DNA of 48,939 bases from Desulfobacterales bacterium (GCA_026983715.1 JALSTM010000181.1:1-48939), one strand, 5' to 3'; shown: positions 11,112-20,731, counted from the first letter of the stretch. A program made the numbers and translations. The notes: a model not told the origin generated them from the sequence alone.

Positions 11112-11609
11112 ATGCAGTACAGCGAAATTGTCATGGATCATTTTATGAATCCCAGGAATGTTGGAGACCTAGAAAACCCGGATGGTATTGGTGAAATTGG
11201 CAATCCCTCGTGTGGTGATATTATGCGGATGGTTATCAAGGTAAAAGATAACAAAATAGAAGACATAAAGTTTAAAACCTTTGGATGCGGTGCTGCCATC
11301 GCCGTAAGCTCTATGGTAACGGAGATGGCCAAGGGTAAAACGCTTGAAGAAGCGGCTAGTATAAGCCGGGACGATGTTGCCAAGGCACTGGGGGGACTGC
11401 CTCCCAAGAAACTTCATTGCAGCAACCTGGGAACAGATGCATTGAAAGCAGCAATCAATGATTACTGGATAAAACAAGGTCATCCTGAGAAAGTGGTACC
11501 TTTGGAAGATGAACACGAAGAAGTTGATAAGGCAACCTGTTGCGATAGCGATGAGCGGCGGTGTAGACAGTCTGATGACCGCATTGCTGCTGAAGGAACA
11601 GGGAGTTGA
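11112..11609 (+). CDS. iscU: Fe-S cluster scaffold IscU/NifU N-terminal type
   Basis: DHFMNPRNVG, GNPSCGD, FKTFGCGAAIA and KLHCSNL; strong AGGAGG RBS. Confidence 0.93.
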   Translation: MQYSEIVMDHFMNPRNVGDLENPDGIGEIGNPSCGDIMRMVIKVKDNKIEDIKFKTFGCGAAIAVSSMVTEMAKGKTLEEAASISRDDVAKALGGLPPKKLHCSNLGTDALKAAINDYWIKQGHPEKVVPLEDEHEEVDKATCCDSDERRCRQSDDRIAAEGTGS

Positions 11610-12615
11610 GGTCTGGGGAATACACATGATAGTCGGGGAACCTTCTAATGCGGAAGGCTATACCGATTCTTATTCCAACAGATTTAAAAAAACAAGAGAA
11701 GTTCTTGATCGGATAGAGGAAAATCTCCAACTGGAAATAAGAACTGTTGATTTCAGGCAGGTTTTCGAGAAAACCATAATCAAGCCTTTTGTTGACTCTT
11801 ACCTTGACGGATTGACTCCTAATCCATGCGTTGTCTGTAACGCAAAAATAAAATTCGGAATTCTTCTAGAAAAGGCCCTTTCGCTTGGGGCAAGGTCGTT
11901 CGCCACGGGCCACTACGTGAGAATATCATGGGATTCTGTTTCCAAGCGATGGCAACTATTGCGAGGAATAGACAAAGATAAAGAACAATCATATTTCCTT
12001 CACCAGCTAACGCAGGATCAGCTAGAACATGCCGTCTTCCCCCTGGGAAATAGAACAAAGAAGGAAGTTTACGAGTTAATAGGCAAACTCAACATGGGTA
12101 ACGTACCATCCAGAGAAAGCCACGAAATTTGCTTTATCCCCGACAATGATTACAAAAATTTTATACGAAAAAGAGTTGGAATTGAGGACATAGCTGGAGA
12201 ACTTGTAGACCAAAAGGGAACAGTTCTGGGGAAACATCGGGGGATTTTCAGGTACACCGTAGGACAGAGAAGGGGGATTGGCATTCCTTCATCGGAACCA
12301 TACTACGTAGTAAGCATTGACCCAAAAACGAACAGGGTTCAGATTGGGAGAAAGGCGGATCTTTACGCAAGAAGATTGGTTGTATCAGGCATTAACTGGG
12401 TTTCCATAAGTCCGCCAACAAAGCGTATAAAAGCAGACACCCAAATAAGATATCGTCACCGGCCAGTTTCTGCATCCATAGAAGTAGTGGAAAAAGATCG
12501 GGCACTCGTGGAGTTTGACACACCTCAAAAAGCAATTACCCCGGGCCAGTATGCCGTTTTCTACGACCACGATCTCCTTCTTGGAGGCGGACAGATAACC
12601 GAAGCGTTACGTTAA
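11509..12615 (+). CDS. mnmA: tRNA U34 2-thiouridylase MnmA (CxxC type)
   Basis: AMSGGVDS, TPNPCVVCN, ATGHY, KEQSYFL, ESHEICF, YTVGQRRG and AITPGQ. Confidence 0.95.
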   Translation: MNTKKLIRQPVAIAMSGGVDSLMTALLLKEQGVEVWGIHMIVGEPSNAEGYTDSYSNRFKKTREVLDRIEENLQLEIRTVDFRQVFEKTIIKPFVDSYLDGLTPNPCVVCNAKIKFGILLEKALSLGARSFATGHYVRISWDSVSKRWQLLRGIDKDKEQSYFLHQLTQDQLEHAVFPLGNRTKKEVYELIGKLNMGNVPSRESHEICFIPDNDYKNFIRKRVGIEDIAGELVDQKGTVLGKHRGIFRYTVGQRRGIGIPSSEPYYVVSIDPKTNRVQIGRKADLYARRLVVSGINWVSISPPTKRIKADTQIRYRHRPVSASIEVVEKDRALVEFDTPQKAITPGQYAVFYDHDLLLGGGQITEALR

Positions 12616-12622
12616 ATCGCAT

Positions 12623-13930
12623 ATGAAAAAGTTCGCAATAAGTACCCTTGGTTGCAAGGTTAACCAGTATGAATCAGCTTTAATTACAGAGTCTCTGGCA
12701 AAGTCAGGTTACCGACAGGTTGATTTTACCGGGCAGGCGGACATTTACATTGTAAACACGTGCACCGTGACGGCCAAGGCAAGTTACCAGTCTAGGCAGT
12801 TACTGAGAAGATCTCTCAGGCTTAACCCCCATTCGATAATTGCCGCCGTTGGTTGTTACCCGGAAGTAGAAGCTGATAAAATTGCATCCATGGGCATCGC
12901 GACTCATATCCTTGGGAATCTTGAAAAGCTCAATATCGTAAGGTACCTCGAACTGCCTGGATCACTCAGGGAACCCCTGGTAAAAGTATCCATGACAAAA
13001 AGCACAAGTTCCCTGGAACTATTCCCGTTGGAGAAGTTCCCGGGACGAACGAGAGCATTTCTGAAAATCCAGGACGGTTGCAACACCTTTTGCACTTACT
13101 GTATAGTGCCTCACACCCGGGGAAAAAGCAGGAGTCTGAAGAGAAGGGACGTACTAATACAAATTGAACACTTTATTGCCCGTGGATTCAAAGAAATTGT
13201 TCTAACAGGAATACATCTTGGCAAGTGGGGAGAAGATCTCACTCCCACAGAGTCGCTTTCGTCCCTTCTTGAAGAAATCCTTATTTCGTTTCCCGGTTGT
13301 CGGTTCAGGATTAGCTCTATAGAGCCCCCGGAGCTAACCGAGGCGATACTCACTTTGATGGCCGAGCATGATAATTTTTGCAAACACTTACATGTACCTC
13401 TCCAGAGCGGATCCGATGAAATCCTGAGGAGGATGCATCGCCCGTATACCGCCGGCTACTACCTTGAACTGTTTCGAAGAGCACATGATATGGTGCCAGA
13501 GTTGGCTTGGGGACTTGATGTGATAGTCGGATTTCCCGGAGAAAGTGAAGACCTCTTTTCAGAAACTTACGAACTACTCAAGGATCTCCCCTTAGCCTAC
13601 ATGCACGTATTTCCCTTTTCTCCACGAAACCATACCCCTGCTGTACACTTTCCGGGACAGGTGCCAGCAAAACAGAAAAAAAGAAGAGCAGCAATTTTAA
13701 GGGAATTGAGCAACGTGAAACGAAAGGAGTTTTTGTCTCGATTTCTCGGTAAGATCCTCCACGTACTTGTGGAGGGGAAGTTTAGTGAGGATAAAAACTA
13801 TTTTCAGGGACTTTCTTCTAACTACATTCGAGTCTATTTCAAAAGAGGGAAAGCAGAGGAAAACAGTATTGTCAGGGTTATAGCTGAGAAACTCTTTGAA
13901 AACGGCCTTCTGGGAAAAGTAGTCGGGTAA
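12623..13930 (+). CDS. mtaB: t6A37 methylthiotransferase MtaB
   Basis: TLGCKVNQYES, NTCTVT, CNTFCTYC, LTGIHLG and HVFPFSPR. Confidence 0.93.
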   Translation: MKKFAISTLGCKVNQYESALITESLAKSGYRQVDFTGQADIYIVNTCTVTAKASYQSRQLLRRSLRLNPHSIIAAVGCYPEVEADKIASMGIATHILGNLEKLNIVRYLELPGSLREPLVKVSMTKSTSSLELFPLEKFPGRTRAFLKIQDGCNTFCTYCIVPHTRGKSRSLKRRDVLIQIEHFIARGFKEIVLTGIHLGKWGEDLTPTESLSSLLEEILISFPGCRFRISSIEPPELTEAILTLMAEHDNFCKHLHVPLQSGSDEILRRMHRPYTAGYYLELFRRAHDMVPELAWGLDVIVGFPGESEDLFSETYELLKDLPLAYMHVFPFSPRNHTPAVHFPGQVPAKQKKRRAAILRELSNVKRKEFLSRFLGKILHVLVEGKFSEDKNYFQGLSSNYIRVYFKRGKAEENSIVRVIAEKLFENGLLGKVVG

Positions 13931-14027
13931 CATGCCTTTTTGAAGACGTGGTGAGAACTTTCGCTGGTGGTTACGCAGGAACCCACATCAAGCAACCAGA
14001 AGAACGAAAGTACTATTCGTTAGAGAA

Positions 14028-14888
14028 CTATTTACCCATAATTACCCTACTCATTTCCTTTGCAAGTCTGCAAAAATCTTCAACCGACAGTGTCTCCGGA
14101 CGAGCTTCAGGTGACACACCCGATCTTTCAAAAACTTTCGGCAAAAACTCTTTGGCTCCCGGATCCATGCGTAGGAGACTTTTTCTCAACATTTTTCTCC
14201 GTTGCCCGAAAGAAGTCTTGACGAGTTTTACGAAAAGTTTTTCTTCAGGCGGCGCAAGTAGTACCTGCGGCTTTTTATTAAAGCCTATTTTGATTACCAT
14301 GGAGCCGACCTTAGGCACTGGGTAAAACTCTTCAGGCTTAAGGGTGAACCCCTTTCGGATATCACCCCTGTAGGCAAGCAACACTGTAAGTATCCCATAG
14401 TCCTTTGTACCTGGCTTGGCCACTAGCCTTTCAGCCACTTCGGTTTGGAGCATAAACACGGCATCTTCTATAAGGTAATGGTTTTCCCACAACTTGAACA
14501 ATACTGGGCTGCTTATGTTGTATGGAAGGTTACCAAATACCCGGAGCTTTTTCCCGGCTTCTTGGGCAATGGAACAAATATCCACTTTCAGTATGTCTGC
14601 CTCAATGATTTCGATTCTCGACTTAAGATCTTCTGGAACAACCCTTTCTTTAAGAAGTTTCACAAGTTCAGTATCAACTTCCACAGCATATAATTTTCTT
14701 ACCCTTTTTGCGAGAGGCACGGTAAGAGCCCCCAAGCCCGGCCCCACCTCCAGCACCACGTCTTCACGTCCGACATCGGCGAATTTCATGATTTTTTCCA
14801 CAGAATGTTCGTGGACAAGAAAATGCTGTCCCAGCTTTTTGCTGGGTCTCTTGTTCAGGCTTTTTAGAAGTTTATTTGGGGAGATCAT
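14028..14888 (-). CDS. rsmA: 16S rRNA dimethyltransferase RsmA/KsgA
   Basis: KKLGQHFL, EVGPGLG, NLPYNI and FGQRRKML. Confidence 0.96.
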   Translation of the reverse strand: MISPNKLLKSLNKRPSKKLGQHFLVHEHSVEKIMKFADVGREDVVLEVGPGLGALTVPLAKRVRKLYAVEVDTELVKLLKERVVPEDLKSRIEIIEADILKVDICSIAQEAGKKLRVFGNLPYNISSPVLFKLWENHYLIEDAVFMLQTEVAERLVAKPGTKDYGILTVLLAYRGDIRKGFTLKPEEFYPVPKVGSMVIKIGFNKKPQVLLAPPEEKLFVKLVKTSFGQRRKMLRKSLLRMDPGAKEFLPKVFERSGVSPEARPETLSVEDFCRLAKEMSRVIMGK

Positions 14889-15940
14889 GTTTTTGAAGAA
14901 AAATTGACTTGTTTCAGTGGAACCTCCTTCCTCCGAGAATAAGGTTCGAACTCTAGCGGATTTTTTTCTTCCCCTTCATTCAAGTATTTGTAATACCCCG
15001 CCGCCGCTATCATGGCTGCATTATCGGTGCAATATTCTAGGGGAGCAAGATGAATTTTAATTCCTCTAAACTCTCCTTCTTCCATAAATCTCTTTCGAAG
15101 CCTGCTGTTTGCAGCAACTCCTCCAACTATGGCCAGATGCCTTACCTTGAAATTCTCAGCGGCCTTGAAAGCTTTCTCGAGCAACATGTCTACCACAGCT
15201 TCCTGGAAACTAGCGACAAGGTCTTCGATCCTGTACGAAGTTTTGTTCTCAGAAGCCGGATTACCGTAGTCCCGGAGAAAGTTAGCAACGGCGGTTTTTA
15301 TACCACTGAAGCTGAAATCATACGATTCCTTCCCCAGGAACGCTCTCGGAAAACGGAAAGCCGCAGGATTCCCGTCCCGCGCCAGCCTATCAATTATGCC
15401 TCCTCCTGGATAGCCAAGGCCCAGCATTTTGGCCACCTTGTCGAATGCTTCACCGGCCGCATCATCCCGTGTATTCCCAAGGAGCCTATACGAACCTACA
15501 TTTTCAGAATAAAACAAGCTGGTATGTCCTCCTGAAACTACTAGCAAAACCAGGGGAAACTCAATGGGTTCATCTGAGAAGAAAGCGGATTGAATGTGGC
15601 CGTGCAGGTGATCGACGCCCACTAGCGGGATGTTTGACACGTAATGAAGTGCCTTGGCAGCGCTAATCCCCACCAACAAGGCTCCGATAAGACCGGGCCC
15701 TTGAGTTACAGCAAGCAGGTTTATATCGTTTAATTCCACTGAAGCCTCGTGCAAAGCCTTTTCCATAACAGGTATGATGGCTTCTAGGTGATGGCGGGCA
15801 GCAAGCTCAGGTACAACTCCTCCAAAGGGACTGTGTATAGAAATCTGGGAAGAAATAACATTTGAAAGGACTCGTTTCCCATCTTCAACCACTGAGGCCG
15901 CCGTCTCATCGCAGGAACTCTCTATTCCGAGGACAAGCAT
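14885..15940 (-). CDS. tsaD: t6A37 threonylcarbamoyltransferase TsaD
   Basis: LGIESSCDET, GGVVPE, HLHGH, SGGHT, DDAAGEAFDK and CTDNAAMI. Confidence 0.97.
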   Translation of the reverse strand: MLVLGIESSCDETAASVVEDGKRVLSNVISSQISIHSPFGGVVPELAARHHLEAIIPVMEKALHEASVELNDINLLAVTQGPGLIGALLVGISAAKALHYVSNIPLVGVDHLHGHIQSAFFSDEPIEFPLVLLVVSGGHTSLFYSENVGSYRLLGNTRDDAAGEAFDKVAKMLGLGYPGGGIIDRLARDGNPAAFRFPRAFLGKESYDFSFSGIKTAVANFLRDYGNPASENKTSYRIEDLVASFQEAVVDMLLEKAFKAAENFKVRHLAIVGGVAANSRLRKRFMEEGEFRGIKIHLAPLEYCTDNAAMIAAAGYYKYLNEGEEKNPLEFEPYSRRKEVPLKQVNFSSKT

Positions 15941-15945
15941 TTGCG

Positions 15946-16959
15946 TCAGCGTTCTCCCCTGAGGAATTTTTCGGCCATTTTTACATCTTCAACACTACCG
16001 ATGTACAACGGCACCCGTTCATGGATATTATTTGGTTTTATATCGAGGATCGGCTTTTTCCCGTTACTGGCATATCCTCCTGCTTTTTCCACAACAAAAG
16101 CTAGCGGAGACGCTTCACATAGTAGTCGCAACTTTCCATGGGGTTTTTTTGGATCCTTGCTATCGGCAGGATACATAAAAATACCACCTTTTAGTAGGTT
16201 CCGGTGAAAATCGGACACCAGGGATCCCACGTACCTGGAAGTGTAGGGGCGTCCATCTCCAGCCTCCGGTGTTTTGAGGTAATCCACGTACTCCCTAACG
16301 TTTTCGTCCCAGTAATTGTAGTTTCCTTCGTTCACGCTGAAAATTTTTCCCCGTTTCGGGATCTGTATATTTTCATGGCTTAGCAAGAATTCCCCGATAC
16401 TTGGATATAACGTAAAACCATGCACTCCCTGGCCGGTGGTGTATACCATCATGGTACTGGAACCGTAGATAAAGTAGCCGGCAGCCACCTGTTCTGATCC
16501 CTTTTGCAATACTTCATCCAGTGTTACGGGCCCTCCTTCTTCTTTTCGCCTGTAAACAGAGAAAATTGTACCGATACTTATGTTTACGTCTATGTTTGAC
16601 GAACCGTCCAGGGGATCCATCACGAGAATGTAAGGCCCCCGGGAAAACGGTTCAGGAATTTCCATTATATCGGCACTCTCCTCGGATATAATAGCACAAA
16701 GAACCCCGGTGTGCCTTAAACGCCTGATTATCGTTTTGTGGGCATACTCATCCAGTTTTTGTACCTGCTCCCCGTAAACGTTTATTTCTCCCGTAAAACC
16801 GTATATATCCACAAGGCCTGCCTTGTTAACTTCCCTCGAAATCAGCTTTGCAGCAACCACCAGTTCACTCATAAGCCTGGAAAATGCTCCCGTGGCAAAC
16901 GGTATCTGCTGCTGCTTCATCAGTAAGTGTTCTATGATTGTCATTCCATAACTGCTCAT
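15946..16959 (-). CDS. fbp: Fructose-1,6-bisphosphatase class I
   Basis: DPLDGSSN, RYVGSLV and GKLRLLCE. Start set at ATG 16959 after GGGAGG. Confidence 0.95.
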   Translation of the reverse strand: MSSYGMTIIEHLLMKQQQIPFATGAFSRLMSELVVAAKLISREVNKAGLVDIYGFTGEINVYGEQVQKLDEYAHKTIIRRLRHTGVLCAIISEESADIMEIPEPFSRGPYILVMDPLDGSSNIDVNISIGTIFSVYRRKEEGGPVTLDEVLQKGSEQVAAGYFIYGSSTMMVYTTGQGVHGFTLYPSIGEFLLSHENIQIPKRGKIFSVNEGNYNYWDENVREYVDYLKTPEAGDGRPYTSRYVGSLVSDFHRNLLKGGIFMYPADSKDPKKPHGKLRLLCEASPLAFVVEKAGGYASNGKKPILDIKPNNIHERVPLYIGSVEDVKMAEKFLRGER

Positions 16960-17105
16960 CTTATCCTCCCAATCCGACCTGTTCATATGTACTGGAAACA
17001 ACGAGACAATCACACACCTCTCTCCACCTTTGCCAGATGTTGTCACGATTATCGTGTACGGGGTGAATCGTCAGGATTAGTTCCCTGGTCCCTATTTACC
17101 ACTTG

Positions 17106-17744
17106 TTAATTTCCACGTATCTCCCTTTTCAGGTTCTTCCATGAAAGTGTAACCCATCTTACGGGAACATCGCCACCAAAAAATTTGACGAACTCATTAA
17201 TAATTTTCTCTGCATCCTTCTTGGAATAAACCACTATATTCCCGAGAGGGAACTGGATTGTAGTATTGTAGACTTGCAACAGCAAAGAAAAGGTATAGCT
17301 GGTCAACCAGTGTTGGTTTACTTGAAGTCTCTTTATATCATTTTTGGTAAAGCTAATACTATCCCTGCCCGGGGGAATTCTTTTGACAGCTAGCAATTGT
17401 CGTAACCTTAACCTAACAAACACGACTGAAAATACGAATAATGCCCCAAGCGGCAATAGGACGAATAATATTGCCGAATCACCGTCATATATTTTAATTA
17501 TCCCTGGCATCACCCACAAGCTTATAAAAAAAGCTATCGAACCAATCACCACAAGGATTCCATTTCCTACCAGCAGCATCGATCTTGAAAATTTTAAAGT
17601 AAAAGTGTCACCTCGCCTGCTTAAAGTCTGAATCAGACTGCACCTTGTTTCAGCATCCCGGAAATCTCTTTTAAGGCTCGCACCACAGTAAACACAAAAA
17701 TTACTGCGTTCATCAATTTCTTGGCCGCAATTATGACAAAACAC
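17106..17744 (-). CDS. Zinc-ribbon domain membrane protein
   Basis: N-terminal FCHNCG...FCVYCG and two TM helices. GTG start after GGAG. Confidence 0.75.
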   Translation of the reverse strand: MFCHNCGQEIDERSNFCVYCGASLKRDFRDAETRCSLIQTLSRRGDTFTLKFSRSMLLVGNGILVVIGSIAFFISLWVMPGIIKIYDGDSAILFVLLPLGALFVFSVVFVRLRLRQLLAVKRIPPGRDSISFTKNDIKRLQVNQHWLTSYTFSLLLQVYNTTIQFPLGNIVVYSKKDAEKIINEFVKFFGGDVPVRWVTLSWKNLKREIRGN

Positions 17745-17844
17745 TGATACTCTCCATGATTCTAGGGGCACACCACCAAAGAATTCCAGCGTTTACCGGA
17801 AAGAGTAACACAACAGCGAGGAACGAAAATGAATTTTTCTTGCT

Positions 17845-18162
17845 TTACCTGTTAATCTTAAACTTATGACCACAGGACCTGCAAGACAACCTGTTTGCCA
17901 AAGCTGCTCCAAGGATTCCTCCCCACCAGGTAAATCTTTCAATTTTTAGATCTGAACTGCCACAGGCGGGGCAAACAATTCCCGGTTGAGAAGCATTTTC
18001 TTGACCTTGAGGCACATCGGGGATAGGAATACCTTCTCCCTGCAGGCTCTCGTCAGGAGCCGCATCTTGTGAAGCTCCAGAATCTACAACAATCTGGGTG
18101 CCGCATTGAGGGCAAAAACGCGCATCATCCTGAACTTCTTTACCACACTTTTTACAGAACAT
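17845..18162 (-). CDS. Double zinc-ribbon protein
   Basis: FCKKCG...FCPQCG, then CPACG...CRSCG; GGAGG RBS. Confidence 0.8.
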   Translation of the reverse strand: MFCKKCGKEVQDDARFCPQCGTQIVVDSGASQDAAPDESLQGEGIPIPDVPQGQENASQPGIVCPACGSSDLKIERFTWWGGILGAALANRLSCRSCGHKFKINR

Positions 18163-18222
18163 TTTTAACCTCCTGCACTAAATTTTCTCATTGTCTGATC
18201 ATCAATGAACCCTGGCGGTAAT

Positions 18223-18789
18223 TTAAACCGACAAGGAATTGTTACCAAGCTTGTAAAATAGATAAAGGAATGATCCCAGCGCAGCAAGATCAAGCAGGGC
18301 TGTAAACATTTGTCCCGTCCCAATCGCAAAAATGGTTAACAGAACACTTAGCCCGGCAAACACCATCGCACCTTTTCTCGCTTCCTTTAAATTTCCCCGC
18401 TTGTACTGTTGGTAGGGCCATTTCCAGATGAGCGCAGCGAGACCAAAATCTAGCAAGATAAAAAACAAGGCCGCCCCGCCTTTCCCGTACTTCATTAGAG
18501 TCCCCATAAACATTACGCTGACCAACCCCAAGAATACACAGACTCCGATGGGCACGTAAAAGAAGATATCTAAGCTTTGAGTAGATACCTGCTGATGCGG
18601 GGGAATTGGAGGGACCTGTTGGAAAGGACTACTCTGCCCACCCGCAGGACTTCCCGCAACGCCGGGGCCATCAGGGGGGCTTCCCATTTGATTACCACCA
18701 GAAACACCAGGGGCAGGTGCACCGCAACCCGGGCAAAACCTGGCATCAGGAGGAAGAGCATTTCCACACTTAACACAAAAGTTAGCCAT
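18223..18789 (-). CDS. Zinc-ribbon membrane protein with Pro/Gly-rich linker
   Basis: FCVKCG...FCPGCG, a low-complexity linker and four TM helices. Confidence 0.8.
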   Translation of the reverse strand: MANFCVKCGNALPPDARFCPGCGAPAPGVSGGNQMGSPPDGPGVAGSPAGGQSSPFQQVPPIPPHQQVSTQSLDIFFYVPIGVCVFLGLVSVMFMGTLMKYGKGGAALFFILLDFGLAALIWKWPYQQYKRGNLKEARKGAMVFAGLSVLLTIFAIGTGQMFTALLDLAALGSFLYLFYKLGNNSLSV

Positions 18790-18990
18790 CTCACTCATCT
18801 CCTTTCCGGATCTCTGATGAGTTCCCATATTTTGACTTGCTCTTATAACTAGAGAAAAATTTGAATTATGTCAAATCCTATTAATTAAGGAAACTTTGAT
18901 CAATTACTAAGTTTACCAATAACCCTTTCCATGTCTCGCCGCCCCTTTATTTTGACAGCTACTTCCTAATTATTGGGTTAAACAAAAAGC

Positions 18991-19383
18991 TAAGGCAGCG
19001 AAGCCGCAACCAAGTTTGAACCGCTAAGACGCTAAGAGCGCAAAGGGATATTCTTTTTTCCTTGAGCAGTGCCCCAGTGAAATACTACGTATCCTTCGGA
19101 ATTTCACGGGGCAAGTGCCTGCTCAAGGAAAGAAGCCTGCCCTTCAGGCATGCTGTTGGTACAGACAATCTGAGTTGGCGCCTGAAGCTTTGTGTTTTGT
19201 GTGCGCTTCCTAGGATATGCGTGTTGTCCATTGCCCTTGTTACCCTGAAAGGGTGCAAGGCATTGTGGGCGGCGTTAACCCGCCGGCCGCAATATTTTCC
19301 TTCTTCGCGTTCTTTGCGCCTTAAGCGAAGCGGGCGGTTCATTTATGACGGACACTGGTAGTATAAGAATTATGACACGCTAA
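18991..19383 (+). mobile_element. Composite non-coding element family C, copy 1, with nested palindromes
   Basis: Ends TAAGGCAGCGAAGCCGCAACCAA and AGAATTATGACACGCTAA both recur, inverted, at 48339-48655. Internal inverted repeats at 19019-19047/19301-19339 and 19057-19069/19119-19131. Confidence 0.65.
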
Positions 19384-19428
19384 AACGCTACATGTTTATA
19401 GGGAAGTATTCTAATACTTGCCGCAAAA

Positions 19429-19551
19429 TCACGCCTGCGCTTCTTTATATTGCAATAATACACAGCAATGCCGGTATTGACGTAAATCTTCTTCGATGAT
19501 ATCTTCGGACGGCTTATTATAGAAACGTTGTAAACGCAGAATCGATCTAGC
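19429..19551 (-). pseudogene. Fragment resembling the N-terminal SAM-like domain of a tyrosine recombinase/integrase
   Basis: Minus-strand translation ARSILRLQRFYNKPSEDIIEEDLRQYRHCC resembles the FYxKxPxxIxEEELRxY pattern of Phage_int_SAM_4-type integrases. No start codon, and an early stop. Confidence 0.5.
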
Positions 19552-19615
19552 AACAGAACACGATTAACTTGCCGCAGTGCGGCGGAGCCGCCTGCCGCTC
19601 GATTTATTGTTATGA
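19529..19615 (+). other. attC-like site (degenerate)
   Basis: AAC-5nt-ATCGA ... TCGAT-5nt-GTTATGA geometry, followed directly by a short RBS leader and the OmpA gene. Confidence 0.35.
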
Positions 19616-19644
19616 ATTATCAACAGATGTTCGGAGGTGAAACA

Positions 19645-20709
19645 ATGAAAAGGTTTTTCTGGGTCGTTCTGTTTTTTCTGATTCCAGCTATTGCTTGGGG
19701 ACAACAATTAGTGACCGGCGCAAGTAAAACCTTTATTCCAGGAGACCAAGTACTTTTTGAAGAGGATTTTTCTCGGTGCCCTGTAGGAGATCCTCCTATG
19801 GGATTTGATAAAGTAACTGGTGCAGGAGAATGCGTAAAATATGGCGACCAAATATGGATTGCTCCTGCTACTGACGGAGATTATAGGCTGTACAAGAAAT
19901 TAGACCTTGGGACAGATGAATTTTCAATCGAGTTTGATTTTCTGGGATACCAGGATCCCGGCGGCGCTGACTTTCTTTTTCGGTTACTTGAAAGCAAGGG
20001 AAAAGCCTGGGATCAGGCAAGACTACCCTATGACCTTCAAATACATGATGATTATAATGGATATACATTTTGGCTTGAGGGTGTCGGGGGAATTGGAAGA
20101 TTGGAGAAATTTCACAAAAAGAAAGTACACGTGGCAATTCAAGTGAGACGCCATCAACTTAGGGTTTACGCTAACGGTAAAAGATTGACGGTAGTGCCTT
20201 TCAACGTAACTTCCGGCGAACACGTAAGCGGATTTGAACTGATGTTTTATGATGATACTAATAAATACGGAGCACTTGTCAGCAATATAAAAGTCGGCAA
20301 ATATACAAGCGCAGAGGAAAAACCGCAGCCGGAAAAATTAGGGATTAAGGTAGAAAAGACTGCCGAGGGGACAAAACTCACTATCCCCGAAAAGGTCCTT
20401 TTCGATTTCAACAAGTTCTTTTTGAAACCCGAAGCAAGAAAGGCCCTTCACTTAGTTGCTCAAATGTTAAAAGAACATCCTGACAAAAACATACTTGTTG
20501 TTGGGTTCACAGACAATATAGGGAGTGATGAGTATAACTTGCGTCTTTCCTTGCAAAGAGCCCAAAGTGTTGCCGATTATCTCATCTACGTGGAAGGAAT
20601 AAAGAACGGCAGGATAAAAATAGAAGGCAAGGGTAAAGCAAATCCCGTTGCAGATAATTCTACCGAGGAAGGAAGAGCAAAGAACCGCCGGGTAGAAATA
20701 ATATACTGA
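19645..20709 (+). CDS. Secreted OmpA-family protein with N-terminal beta-sandwich domain
   Basis: Signal peptide MKRFFW...AWG; C-terminal LFDF, GFTD, LSLQRA and KNRRVEI; GGAGGTG RBS. Confidence 0.9.
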   Translation: MKRFFWVVLFFLIPAIAWGQQLVTGASKTFIPGDQVLFEEDFSRCPVGDPPMGFDKVTGAGECVKYGDQIWIAPATDGDYRLYKKLDLGTDEFSIEFDFLGYQDPGGADFLFRLLESKGKAWDQARLPYDLQIHDDYNGYTFWLEGVGGIGRLEKFHKKKVHVAIQVRRHQLRVYANGKRLTVVPFNVTSGEHVSGFELMFYDDTNKYGALVSNIKVGKYTSAEEKPQPEKLGIKVEKTAEGTKLTIPEKVLFDFNKFFLKPEARKALHLVAQMLKEHPDKNILVVGFTDNIGSDEYNLRLSLQRAQSVADYLIYVEGIKNGRIKIEGKGKANPVADNSTEEGRAKNRRVEIIY

Positions 20710-20731
20710 TATTCGGATCATGATGATTCCT

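Noticed and set aside
19062-19361. ORFs on both strands inside element C
   Set aside because: They overlap palindromic repeat DNA and have no RBS or recognisable motif.
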